A stretch of 28,060 nt of DNA from a virus (Duplodnaviria; Caudoviricetes): positions 1 through 28,060 of the IMG/VR virus record IMGVR_UViG_3300005662_004829, one strand, 5' to 3'. Positions within the stretch are counted from its first letter, which is position 1; every line of letters starts with the position of its first letter. The notes below the pieces were generated by a model. The model worked only from the letters and a program-made list of their open reading frames with translations. It searched no databases and had not been told where the DNA came from. Shown piece after piece: positions 17,360 through 26,779 of the stretch. A program made the position numbers and the translations under genes.

Positions 17360-18192
17360 TGAAACCAATTATTTTAAATGCTGATTATATGATTCCTCAA
17401 TCTGCCATACCAGAGGTTGATGATAATACAGAAATACATTTTACTAGATTTGGATCAAATAAAATTCCAGGTGGAATTCCTTCATTTATTGATGATACTT
17501 CATATAAAATATTTTGCAATGTAAATGAACCATCGACTTCTAGGTGGGTAGAGACTGCTGCTAATATTATTAAATATTCTAATTATTATGATAAAATAGT
17601 TACATCTGATGTCAGGGTACTTAAAGAATGTTCAAATGCAGTATTTATGCCATATGGAACAACATGGTTAAATAAATCAAATCACCATCCAGATTCGTTT
17701 GGAGAATATTCAGATAATTTATCATCTTTAATTAAAGATTTTTCATTATCTATGGTTTGTGGTTCTCTAACAGGTAAACCTGGATATAATCTTAGACATA
17801 TTGTATTCGCAAATAAAGATGATATAAACATTAAAAAGAAATTTTACAGTTCCACTAGATTTCCATTAGAGGGATATCCAACATTACCTGATGATAACAA
17901 AATTTATTTATTCAATTCAATGTATTCTATTGCGATAGAAAGTACCAGTGAACTTAATTATTTTTCTGAAAAATTAATTGATTGTTTAATAACTAAAACA
18001 ATACCAGTATATTGGGGATGTCCTAATATATCAGATTTTTTTGATACAACATATTGGATTGATATGCGTAATATATTAAATTTTGAATTTACAGAAAAAT
18101 ATTATTACGATAATTTAGACAAAATAATTGATAATTTTAATAGAGCAATTCCATATTGTGATAATTTATTTAAAAGAGTGATTAATATATGA
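17359..18192 (+). CDS. Glycosyltransferase, GT10-like (second copy)
   Basis: SMYSIAIES...NYFSEKLIDCLITKTIPVYWGCPNISDFF. Confidence 0.78.
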   Translation: MKPIILNADYMIPQSAIPEVDDNTEIHFTRFGSNKIPGGIPSFIDDTSYKIFCNVNEPSTSRWVETAANIIKYSNYYDKIVTSDVRVLKECSNAVFMPYGTTWLNKSNHHPDSFGEYSDNLSSLIKDFSLSMVCGSLTGKPGYNLRHIVFANKDDINIKKKFYSSTRFPLEGYPTLPDDNKIYLFNSMYSIAIESTSELNYFSEKLIDCLITKTIPVYWGCPNISDFFDTTYWIDMRNILNFEFTEKYYYDNLDKIIDNFNRAIPYCDNLFKRVINI

Positions 18193-19031
18193 TTATACAA
18201 ATGACAATGACTAGAAATGAATTATTTCTTATCAAAGAGATGTTTCCCATTTGGAAAAAATATGCAGATGGTTTTGTTTTTCTTGTGGATTCATCCAACG
18301 ATGGTACATATGAATATTTATTAGAAAATAAAGAAAAATTTAATATTTTAAGTATTCTGCAAATAGAACGAGATGGACAACTTATAATAGAATCTGATGT
18401 TAGGCAAAAATTATTTGATGAAGCATTAAAGTATTCTGGAAATATTCTGTGTTTAGATACTGATGAGTATTTGGACGGTGATCTCAGCAAAGAACAGTTG
18501 GAACAAATATTAAATGAAAGAAAAAATACATTATTTCATCTGCAATGGATTCAGTATACTGGGAAAAATCAAATAAGAATTGATGGTCCGTGGGGTATGA
18601 ATTATAAAGATAGACTTGGATCATATGATCATCGTGCCATGTTTAAATATGCACAAATGCATTCTGAGCATATGCCAAGACCAGGTAATGAATTAATCAT
18701 TCCTATTCCACACTTGTTTATAGCACATTTACAGTGGTTAGATAAAAAAATAGTAGCAGTTAAACAATATTTTTGGAAAATTACAGATTATGTCAATTAT
18801 AAAGAATTTGGAATAGATGTCACTCCTGCTTCTGCATATGATGCTTCTGTTAATAATTTTGAATGGAAATATAGTGATTTCAAATATGAATTGAAAATAA
18901 ATCCAAACATATATTCATTTTGTAATTTAAAAAATAATTATAAGTATAAATTCATAAAAGAAAATATTAAAAAATACAATATTCCAAATTTAAATGATTG
19001 GGGTATGGATATTCATGAGGAAAATATTTAA
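18189..19031 (+). CDS. Putative GT2-like glycosyltransferase
   Basis: N-terminal TRNE...VFLVDSSNDGTYEYL and ILCLDTDEYL (DxDE) are typical GT-A/GT2 motifs. Confidence 0.75.
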   Translation: MIIQMTMTRNELFLIKEMFPIWKKYADGFVFLVDSSNDGTYEYLLENKEKFNILSILQIERDGQLIIESDVRQKLFDEALKYSGNILCLDTDEYLDGDLSKEQLEQILNERKNTLFHLQWIQYTGKNQIRIDGPWGMNYKDRLGSYDHRAMFKYAQMHSEHMPRPGNELIIPIPHLFIAHLQWLDKKIVAVKQYFWKITDYVNYKEFGIDVTPASAYDASVNNFEWKYSDFKYELKINPNIYSFCNLKNNYKYKFIKENIKKYNIPNLNDWGMDIHEENI

Positions 19032-19032
19032 T

Positions 19033-19959
19033 ATGCGTTTTGAAATTCCAAATAATATTATTAATAATATAAGTTATGCATCTCGTTGCGATTTTATCTT
19101 TAATCAAAAATTTGAAGAACTTAAATATGAAAATAATAGACTTTCACAAATCACTAGTAATTCAACTATTTATTGTTGGGGTGGATTTTTGAATGGATTA
19201 TTTCAATATTTAAAAACAACCAACCTAAAAAATATTACACTGATAAGTGGATGTGAGGATTATCCTACTAATCCAAATGGAACTGTCATTGGTATGCCTA
19301 TAATTGCAAAGTCTGGAATTTTACCATGTCCTAGTAATATTAGTAGGTGGTTTGCACAAAATGCAGAAATTTGTAGTGATTTTATGAAACCAATTCCAAT
19401 AGGTCCAAATATTTGTCCTTTAATCTCTACATCTATTAAAAATCATTTAGGATCATACACAAGAGATAAATTATTATTTACTAATATAAATCCAAGAACA
19501 AATTCAATTCAAAGAAATTTTGTTTTGAATAGTGTATTAGAGCAATGTCCAAATGCTAAATTAAATCCATATGGGGATATGAAAGCATATTGTGTTGGAT
19601 TACAGGAGCATATATTTTCTCTATGTCCACCAGGAAATGGTAAAGACACTCACCGTGCATGGGAATCTATTTTTTTTGGTTGTATACCAATTGTAGAAAA
19701 AAGTAATATGAATGATTATTTTTCTAAACTATTTCCCATGTTAGTTGTTGATCGATGGTCTGATATAACAGAAGAATTTTTACAAAACAAATATGAAGAA
19801 ATAAAATCAAAATCGTGGAGATACGATTTATTAGATGTTGATAATCTTTTTAATTATTACAATATTCCAATAAAATACATTCATAAAAAATATCAAGAAT
19901 TGGGAGAAACAACAATGACATCCCAAACAACAACACCTAATAATTTTTTATATTTGTAA
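19033..19959 (+). CDS. Exostosin-like (GT47-like) glycosyltransferase
   Basis: FSLCPPGNGKDTHRAWESIFFGCIPIV matches the exostosin-family motif. ATG 19033 follows the previous stop, with GAGG upstream. Confidence 0.75.
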   Translation: MRFEIPNNIINNISYASRCDFIFNQKFEELKYENNRLSQITSNSTIYCWGGFLNGLFQYLKTTNLKNITLISGCEDYPTNPNGTVIGMPIIAKSGILPCPSNISRWFAQNAEICSDFMKPIPIGPNICPLISTSIKNHLGSYTRDKLLFTNINPRTNSIQRNFVLNSVLEQCPNAKLNPYGDMKAYCVGLQEHIFSLCPPGNGKDTHRAWESIFFGCIPIVEKSNMNDYFSKLFPMLVVDRWSDITEEFLQNKYEEIKSKSWRYDLLDVDNLFNYYNIPIKYIHKKYQELGETTMTSQTTTPNNFLYL

Positions 19960-20062
19960 AATGATAATGGATATTATATCAACACTAAAAGAAAATTAAT
20001 ATTACCTGATCTACTAACTATTTTAGACAACTAGATAAAATCTATAATGCTTTGGAGAAATT

Positions 20063-20767
20063 ATGAAAAATAGAGTTTTGATTGTCACTGGATGTGGAAG
20101 AGATGATGTAGATATTTACATCAATAATGGTGATGTTGCAACACGCATAGTCTCAAATGCAACATTACCATCGAAACAAAAATATTGTAAATTACATAAT
20201 TATGATTTACTTTCAATTAATGATTTTGGATGTGATTTAGATAAAAATATTACTGATGAAAATATAGCACTTTTGCGTGTATCTAGAACTGCAGATATGT
20301 TAAAGTATTATGATATTGTGGTGTGGATAGATGGAGATTCAATTATTACTAACATGAATTTAAAGATTGAACAATTTCCATTAGAACCGCATTGTTGTTT
20401 TTACGCATCATATGATTGGAATGGAAAATATTCTATAAGTGCTGGTAATTTTATTTTTACACGCGGTGAATATACAGAGCAGTTTTTACATGCATTTTAT
20501 GATTTGCATAAAACTAATAATTTTCCAAACGAGCAAACAATGTTTAATTATTTATATTTTAACACAAACGTAAGACAAGTTATGAAGGTATTAGATCATA
20601 AATATTTAAATGCTGCTCCAAGTAGATCCATCTATGGAGATGCATGGGCAACTAGACCAGATATTCCATTTCCATGGGATGAAAATAGTTTTCTCTTACA
20701 TATAACTGGAGCATCAAATGCAAAACGAATGGAAATTCTTGAAAATAATTTTAAAAATTATTTATAA
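20063..20767 (+). CDS. GT34-like (GMA12/MNN10 family) glycosyltransferase
   Basis: SKQKYCKLHNYDL, VVWIDGDSIITN (DxD), SAGNF, NEQ, FLLHITG; GGAG SD. Confidence 0.75.
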   Translation: MKNRVLIVTGCGRDDVDIYINNGDVATRIVSNATLPSKQKYCKLHNYDLLSINDFGCDLDKNITDENIALLRVSRTADMLKYYDIVVWIDGDSIITNMNLKIEQFPLEPHCCFYASYDWNGKYSISAGNFIFTRGEYTEQFLHAFYDLHKTNNFPNEQTMFNYLYFNTNVRQVMKVLDHKYLNAAPSRSIYGDAWATRPDIPFPWDENSFLLHITGASNAKRMEILENNFKNYL

Positions 20768-20800
20768 TAAACATGATACTATAGGTATAGGAGATTATCT

Positions 20801-21385
20801 ATGAATAAAGATATTGTTGAAAATTTTGATGGTATAGCATATAGATTGGCAGATAATTGGTATGGCACAATAGATGTACAAAAATATAAAAGTAAACCTA
20901 TTAATTATCTTGAGATAGGTGCATTTTATGGTGCAAATTTATTATCAGTTGCAAACACATATGCCAATCATCAGGAGAGTAAATTATATGCTATTGATCC
21001 ATGGGAAGATTATGATGATTATCCTGAGTATAAAACCGAGCAGAATAAAATTTATAAGCAATTTTTAGAAAATATTAATTCATCTAAACATAAAGAAAAA
21101 ATTATTGTTAATCGGGGATACTCACACACTAAAATATCTGAATTCAAAGATAATTTTTTTGATATTATCTATATAGATGGAAACCATGAACCAGATTATG
21201 TTTTAGAAGATGCTGTGTTGAGTTTTAGAAAATTAAAAAATCAAGGTATAATGATTTTTGATGATTATGGATGGGGTGGTCCAGATTTGACAAAAAGAGG
21301 AATAGATTCATTTGTTAATGGATATCATAAAAAAATTGAATTTTTAGGAATGAAACAATCCCAGGTGTTTGTCAAAAAGATTTAA
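20801..21385 (+). CDS. Class I SAM-dependent methyltransferase (putative sugar O-methyltransferase)
   Basis: YLEIGAFYG, AIDPW, FDIIYIDGNH, GIMIFDDYGW (Methyltransf_24-like); AGGAG SD. Confidence 0.88.
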   Translation: MNKDIVENFDGIAYRLADNWYGTIDVQKYKSKPINYLEIGAFYGANLLSVANTYANHQESKLYAIDPWEDYDDYPEYKTEQNKIYKQFLENINSSKHKEKIIVNRGYSHTKISEFKDNFFDIIYIDGNHEPDYVLEDAVLSFRKLKNQGIMIFDDYGWGGPDLTKRGIDSFVNGYHKKIEFLGMKQSQVFVKKI

Positions 21386-21409
21386 AATGAATATGGATAA
21401 CTTTTATTT

Positions 21410-22363
21410 ATGAAAAAAATTGTATATGTAACTGGATGTTTAGGATTTATTGGTTCTTATGTGACACGATTGTGCCTTCAACGTGGATGGTATGTGAAAG
21501 GTGTTGATAAGATCACATATGCGGCGAATAAAGATTTATTGAAAGAATTTCAACAATATGAAAATTTTTCATTTGTTCATTGTGATATAAATGATCTTAA
21601 ATTTTTTTATGATTGTGATTACATAATCAATACAGCAGCAGAAACACATGTTGGTAATTCTATTACTAATAGTGATGACTTTGTTAAATCAAACATTGAT
21701 GGTGTTCACAACATATTAGAATTAATACGAAATTATAGACAAGAGACTGGTAAAATGCCAACTCTGTTGCATTTTAGTACAGATGAAGTATATGGAGACA
21801 TTTCTGAAGGTGCACACACTGAAACTGATTTGCTTAAACCTTCAAATCCATATTCTGCAACAAAAGCAGCAGCAGATATGTTGATATTGGCATGGGCTAG
21901 AACATATGGAATTCCATATGTTATTGTTAGGCCGACAAACAATTATGGGATAGGTCAGTATGTTGAGAAATTAATTCCAAAGACATGCAAATATTTAAAC
22001 TTGGGTAGAAAAATTCCACTCCATAATAATGGAACTCCAATCAGGAATTGGTTACATGCTGAAGATACAGCAAGAGCAGTTTTGACAATTATAGACAATC
22101 AAGTAAAAAATGAAATATACAATATTTGTGGTGGATTTGAGCAAACTAATCTAGATACCGTAAAACAATTACTAGCATGTTATGAAAAAGATATTGAAAC
22201 TTTGCAAACTTATATTGATTTTTCTTGTAATAGGCAAGGTCAAGATGTAAGATATGCACTAGATGATTCTAAATTGCGTTCTCTGGGTTGGAATCCATTG
22301 AAAGTTTTTGAAATTGAATTGCCTTCTATAGTGAATTACTATAAGGATAAATTTATATGGTAA
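21410..22363 (+). CDS. rmlB: NDP-glucose 4,6-dehydratase, RmlB/RfbB-like
   Basis: VTGCLGFIGS, DKITYAA, AAETHV, STDEVYG (catalytic T-D-E), PYSATKAA (YxxxK), NNYG..Q..EKLIP, R.GQDVRYALD. Confidence 0.88.
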   Translation: MKKIVYVTGCLGFIGSYVTRLCLQRGWYVKGVDKITYAANKDLLKEFQQYENFSFVHCDINDLKFFYDCDYIINTAAETHVGNSITNSDDFVKSNIDGVHNILELIRNYRQETGKMPTLLHFSTDEVYGDISEGAHTETDLLKPSNPYSATKAAADMLILAWARTYGIPYVIVRPTNNYGIGQYVEKLIPKTCKYLNLGRKIPLHNNGTPIRNWLHAEDTARAVLTIIDNQVKNEIYNICGGFEQTNLDTVKQLLACYEKDIETLQTYIDFSCNRQGQDVRYALDDSKLRSLGWNPLKVFEIELPSIVNYYKDKFIW

Positions 22364-24114
22364 AAATTTGTGATGTTGTTGTAGAATTTTTGGAAAAAAA
22401 TAATATTAAATTTGTATTTGGAATAATTGGATCAGCAAATTCACACATATACAATGCATTGAGAAATCATTCAACTATTAAATTGGTTGCTGTTCATCAT
22501 GAACAAGCAGCAATTATGGCAATGGCAGCATATTATAGAGCAACTGGAAAAATGGAAGCAGTTGCTTTAGTGACTGCTGGTGCTGGAGCATCAAATGCAT
22601 TTACTGGTATATTGTCTAATTGGGCAGATTCTATACCAGGAATGATTATATCAGGCCAGGAACAATCATATTATATTGATGAATATCAACACATGAGAAT
22701 GATTGGTGTGCAGGGATATGATTCTGTTACAGCATATAAAAATCATACAAAATTATCAGAAAGAATAACTGAAGATAATGTTTATGATGTTTTCACTAAT
22801 GCTTTTAGAATCACAAAAGAAGGAAGGCCTGGTCCAGTATTTATAGAAATCCCATTTAATGTTCAGTCTTGTCTTGTTAATGAGAAACCAATAACAACTT
22901 TTGTTTCTTCTGAAGAAGAAAATTATGAAAATGAAGTTGACTATATCATAGACTGTTTAAATAAATCAAAAAGACCTGTAGTGTTGGGTGGGCATGGCAT
23001 TAAATTATCACATTCTGAGGAGTCATTTCAAGAATTTATAAATTCTAATAATATACCAACATTATTAACTTGGTCTGCTGTGGATTTGTTACCATCCGAT
23101 TGTTCTAACTATTATGGAAGACCTGGGATTCAGGGACAACGATCTGCAAATTTTATCATTCAAAATAGTGATTTATTAATTGTGCTTGGGAGTAGATTAT
23201 CTTTATTACAAACAGGATATTCTAGAAAAGATTTTGCACCGAATGCACATATAATTCATATAGACATAGATGAATCTGAGATTAAAAAATTTAATGGGAA
23301 AAATATTCACGCAAATGTTAAATTTATATTGAAATCATTAAATTATAAATCAAAAAATATTTCAATAGATATACAAAATTGGAAAATTTATTGCGACAAG
23401 ATGAGGGATACTTATCCTCTTGTCATGGAACAGCATTTGAGTGATCCCCATAATTCTTATACTTTTATAGATTGGTTTTCTAAAAAAATACCAAGCAATT
23501 ATACTATAGTTACAGATATGGGAACCGCTTTGTTGAGTGGATTTTATGGATTTAATATCAAGAAGAATCAAAAGATGTTTACATCTTTAGGTTTGGGTGA
23601 AATGGGATATGGATTGCCCGCTGCTGTTGGTGCTGGGTTTGCTGGAAATCCTGTTATGTGTTTGAATTGTGATGGTGGTATGATGCTAAATTTGCAAGAA
23701 TTACAAACAATCAAAACACACAATCTTCCAGTAAAAATTGTTATCTTTAATAATGATGGTTATTTGATGATAAAACATACTCAAAATATGTTATTTGGTG
23801 GAAATAAAACTTGCGTTGACAAGAAAACTGGAGTAGAATTACCAGATTATCAAAAAGTAGCATACGCATTTGGATACGATTACTACACAATAGATCAGGT
23901 AGAATCTTTTTTAACTTCAGAGAATCAGTCAATTATGGAAGTATTCATGAAACCTGATCAGGAATTTATACCAAAGGTAAGAGGAATGAAAACTAAAGAT
24001 AATAGAATAGAATCTGGATTATTGGAAGATATGTATCCATTTCTTTCTATCGAAGAATTGAAAAATTCCATGATTATTAATATTAATCCAAAAAGTGAGT
24101 CTATACTAAGATGA
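22357..24114 (+). CDS. ThDP-dependent enzyme, acetolactate synthase-like (YerE-type carboligase candidate)
   Basis: HHEQAA (catalytic Glu), LVTAGAGASN, GRPGPVFIEIP, DLLIVLGSRL, GEMGYGLPAAVG, ThDP motif CDGG...NNDGY. Confidence 0.88.
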   Translation: MVKICDVVVEFLEKNNIKFVFGIIGSANSHIYNALRNHSTIKLVAVHHEQAAIMAMAAYYRATGKMEAVALVTAGAGASNAFTGILSNWADSIPGMIISGQEQSYYIDEYQHMRMIGVQGYDSVTAYKNHTKLSERITEDNVYDVFTNAFRITKEGRPGPVFIEIPFNVQSCLVNEKPITTFVSSEEENYENEVDYIIDCLNKSKRPVVLGGHGIKLSHSEESFQEFINSNNIPTLLTWSAVDLLPSDCSNYYGRPGIQGQRSANFIIQNSDLLIVLGSRLSLLQTGYSRKDFAPNAHIIHIDIDESEIKKFNGKNIHANVKFILKSLNYKSKNISIDIQNWKIYCDKMRDTYPLVMEQHLSDPHNSYTFIDWFSKKIPSNYTIVTDMGTALLSGFYGFNIKKNQKMFTSLGLGEMGYGLPAAVGAGFAGNPVMCLNCDGGMMLNLQELQTIKTHNLPVKIVIFNNDGYLMIKHTQNMLFGGNKTCVDKKTGVELPDYQKVAYAFGYDYYTIDQVESFLTSENQSIMEVFMKPDQEFIPKVRGMKTKDNRIESGLLEDMYPFLSIEELKNSMIININPKSESILR

Positions 24115-24965
24115 AATTAAAAGTTGCAATATTGGGGACAGGAAAGATAGGAACAGATCTTTTATTGAAATGTTTAAAAAAACATTTTATAGATGTTGTC
24201 GCATTTGTTGGCAGAAGATTAGATTCTGATGCAATGGATATAGCAAAATCTAGAAACATAAATATTTCTGATCTTGGTATTGAATATTTTATTGCCAATC
24301 CTGGAATATGTGATTTAGTTTTTGATTGTACAAATGCAGAAGATGCAAGACGACATTCTTTGATATTTCAAAATCAAGGAATAAAAGTCATAGATATGAC
24401 TCCTTCTAAGGTAGGTGAAATGTGTGTTCCAAGTATCAACGGTGATATCATTTTACAAAATAATAATGTCAATATGATTACTTGTGGTGGTCAAGCATCA
24501 TTGCCAATGCTTGATGTTTTGACTAAACATTGCACTGATATATCATATATTGAAGTTGTATCTCAAATAGCATCTAAGAGTGCAGGAATGGCAACAAGAA
24601 TAAACATTGATGATTATATCGCAACAACTAATAGTGCTATTTTTAAATTTACTGGTTGTAAAAATACTAAAGTTATTCTAAATTTGAATCCATCAGAACC
24701 TTGTGTTAATATGCAAACAACTATTTTTATAAAATCAAATAGTGTAAATTTTGATAATTTAACAGAAGAAATTACTGAAAGGATTAAACAATTAAAGAAA
24801 TATATACCTCATTATGAGATTGTATTGCAACCAACTTTAAATCAAAATGGTATATTGATTACTAGCATCAGAGTCATGGGATCTGGTGACTATCTTCCAG
24901 AATATGCGGGAAATTTGGATATTATCAATTGTGCTGCTATCGAATTAACAGAAAATTTAATTTAA
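24111..24965 (+). CDS. mhpF: Acetaldehyde dehydrogenase (acylating), DmpF/MhpF-like
   Basis: VAILGTGKIGTDL, LVFDCT, IDMTPS, NVNMITCGGQA (catalytic Cys), SKSAGMATRINIDDY, GDYLPEYAGNLDII. Confidence 0.93.
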   Translation: MKLKVAILGTGKIGTDLLLKCLKKHFIDVVAFVGRRLDSDAMDIAKSRNINISDLGIEYFIANPGICDLVFDCTNAEDARRHSLIFQNQGIKVIDMTPSKVGEMCVPSINGDIILQNNNVNMITCGGQASLPMLDVLTKHCTDISYIEVVSQIASKSAGMATRINIDDYIATTNSAIFKFTGCKNTKVILNLNPSEPCVNMQTTIFIKSNSVNFDNLTEEITERIKQLKKYIPHYEIVLQPTLNQNGILITSIRVMGSGDYLPEYAGNLDIINCAAIELTENLI

Positions 24966-24968
24966 AAT

Positions 24969-25973
24969 ATGAAAAATATAATTATAACTGATTCTAGTCT
25001 CAGAGATGGAAATCATGCGGTAAAACACACTATAAGTATCAGTAGTATAGAAAAATATTGCAGATTTGCAGATGATGTTGGAATACCAATAGTTGAAGTT
25101 GGTCATGGAAATGGTTTAGCAGCTTCATCACTGTTGATTGGAAAATCAATTCATACTGATATTGAAATGCTAACAATTGCTAGGAATAGTTTAAAAAAAT
25201 CAAAGTTGGGAATTCATAGTATTCCTGGATTATCTACTGTATATGATTTGCAAATTGCTATTGATTGTGGTGTTGATATTTTTAGAATAGCAACACATTG
25301 CACAGAAGCAACATTGTCCAAATCTCATATAGAATTTTTAAATAAAACAAATAAACAAATTTATGGTGTTTTAATGATGAGTGCTTTGATTGACACTGAT
25401 GAACTAGTAAAACAAGCAAAAATAATGGAAAATTATGGAGTTCATGGTGTGATTATTATGGATTCTACTGGATCATATCTACCTAAAGATGTTCATGAGA
25501 GAATTGAAAAACTAAAAACTAATTTAAATATCAAAATTGGATTTCATGCACATAATAATTTAGGTTGTGCAATTGCTAATTCATTGACTGCCGTTGAAAG
25601 TGGAGCAGATATTATTGATGCATGTATTAGAGGATTTGGTGCAGGAGCAGGAAATGCTTGTTTGGAAATGCTGATTCCAGTATTGGAGCAAAGTGGATTT
25701 AATACTGGAATAGATTTTAAAAAGACAATAAAGGAAGCAGATATGGTTATGAATTATTTGGTTCCATCTAATCCTATTCCAACTCCTCTTAACATATTGA
25801 CAGGATTGAAAAAATTATTTAGTGGGTTTGAAAAACCAATAATAGAGGCATCAAGATTATATAATCTTGAATATTCTTCTTTGATATTTGAATTAGGAAA
25901 TAGAAAATTAGTTGCGGGTCAGGAAGATTTAATATTAGAAGTTGCACAGCAATTAAAAAATAATCAAAAATGA
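24969..25973 (+). CDS. mhpE: 4-hydroxy-2-oxovalerate aldolase, DmpG/MhpE-like
   Basis: DSSLRDGNHA, EVGHGNGL, RIATHCTEA, GFHAHNNLG (metal ligands), GFGAGAGN, C-terminal LVAGQED communication domain. Confidence 0.93.
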   Translation: MKNIIITDSSLRDGNHAVKHTISISSIEKYCRFADDVGIPIVEVGHGNGLAASSLLIGKSIHTDIEMLTIARNSLKKSKLGIHSIPGLSTVYDLQIAIDCGVDIFRIATHCTEATLSKSHIEFLNKTNKQIYGVLMMSALIDTDELVKQAKIMENYGVHGVIIMDSTGSYLPKDVHERIEKLKTNLNIKIGFHAHNNLGCAIANSLTAVESGADIIDACIRGFGAGAGNACLEMLIPVLEQSGFNTGIDFKKTIKEADMVMNYLVPSNPIPTPLNILTGLKKLFSGFEKPIIEASRLYNLEYSSLIFELGNRKLVAGQEDLILEVAQQLKNNQK

Positions 25974-26779
25974 ATATTTTAATAACAGGTGGAAATGGTT
26001 ATATTGCAAAAAGTTTATATGAAAATTTAAATAAAAAATACAATGTGATCAGAGTATCAAGAAATGATTTTGATTTAACTGATTACTGGTCAACATTTAA
26101 ATGGTTTGTTGATAAAAAATTTGATGTTGTGATTCATACTGCTGTTGTTGGTGGAAGTAGGTTGAAATCTGATTCTCAAGACACCGTAAATCATAATTTA
26201 AAAATGATATTTAATCTACAGCAGAATAATCATTCATTCCAAAAATTAATAACTTTTGGTTCTGGAGCAGAAATATTTCAATTAAATACTCTATATGGGT
26301 TAAGTAAAAAAACAATTTCTGAAATTATAAACAATACTGAAAATTGGTATAATTTAAGAATATTTGGGGTATTTGATCATAATGAACTTGATACTAGATT
26401 CATAAAAGGAAATATTTTAAGATATATCAAAAAGGAACCAATGGTTATTCATTCAGATAAAATCATGGATTTCATCTATATGAAAGATTTGATTGAAATT
26501 GTTAAATATTATATTGAAACTTCAGATCCCCCCAAAGTTATAAATTGTTCATATTCAAATAAACATACTTTGAAAAACATAGCAGATTTCATCAACACTA
26601 TAGACAAGCATAAAGTTCCTGTTATAATTGAATGCCAAAAAGAATTAGAATTCTATTGTGGAAATGGTCATGAATTGACAATACCACAAATTGGATTGCA
26701 TAGTGGTATACTAAATACTTTTAAAGAAATAGTGAATCTACAAAGGATTTTATATGATTATTCCAGTGACAACATCTGA
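25970..26779 (+). CDS. NAD(P)-dependent sugar epimerase/reductase (extended SDR)
   Basis: ILITGGNGYIA, FDVVIHTA, FGSGAE, YGLSK (YxxxK), DFIYMKD. Confidence 0.85.
   Translation: MNILITGGNGYIAKSLYENLNKKYNVIRVSRNDFDLTDYWSTFKWFVDKKFDVVIHTAVVGGSRLKSDSQDTVNHNLKMIFNLQQNNHSFQKLITFGSGAEIFQLNTLYGLSKKTISEIINNTENWYNLRIFGVFDHNELDTRFIKGNILRYIKKEPMVIHSDKIMDFIYMKDLIEIVKYYIETSDPPKVINCSYSNKHTLKNIADFINTIDKHKVPVIIECQKELEFYCGNGHELTIPQIGLHSGILNTFKEIVNLQRILYDYSSDNI

Noticed and set aside
19902-20062. Internal GGGAG + ATG (19915) as a gene remnant, and TAGACA/TATAAT promoter before 20063
   Set aside because: The 14-codon tail is in frame with the GT47-like gene and uninformative; the hexamers are only 13 nt apart.
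22357-24114. Acetolactate synthase for branched-chain amino acid synthesis
   Set aside because: No ilvN/ilvC/ilvD nearby, and the gene is coupled to sugar-nucleotide genes.
1024-24298. All minus-strand ORFs in the track, and short alternative-frame + ORFs (5359, 12877, 14380)
   Set aside because: They are shadows of well-supported + strand genes, with no recognisable motifs; the hydrophobic look is expected from antisense of AT-rich coding DNA.
3-26779. Stop-codon reassignment, since none of the accepted genes ends in TAG
   Set aside because: All conserved genes translate full length in the standard code with no in-frame TAG; rare TAG use is ordinary in AT-rich phages.
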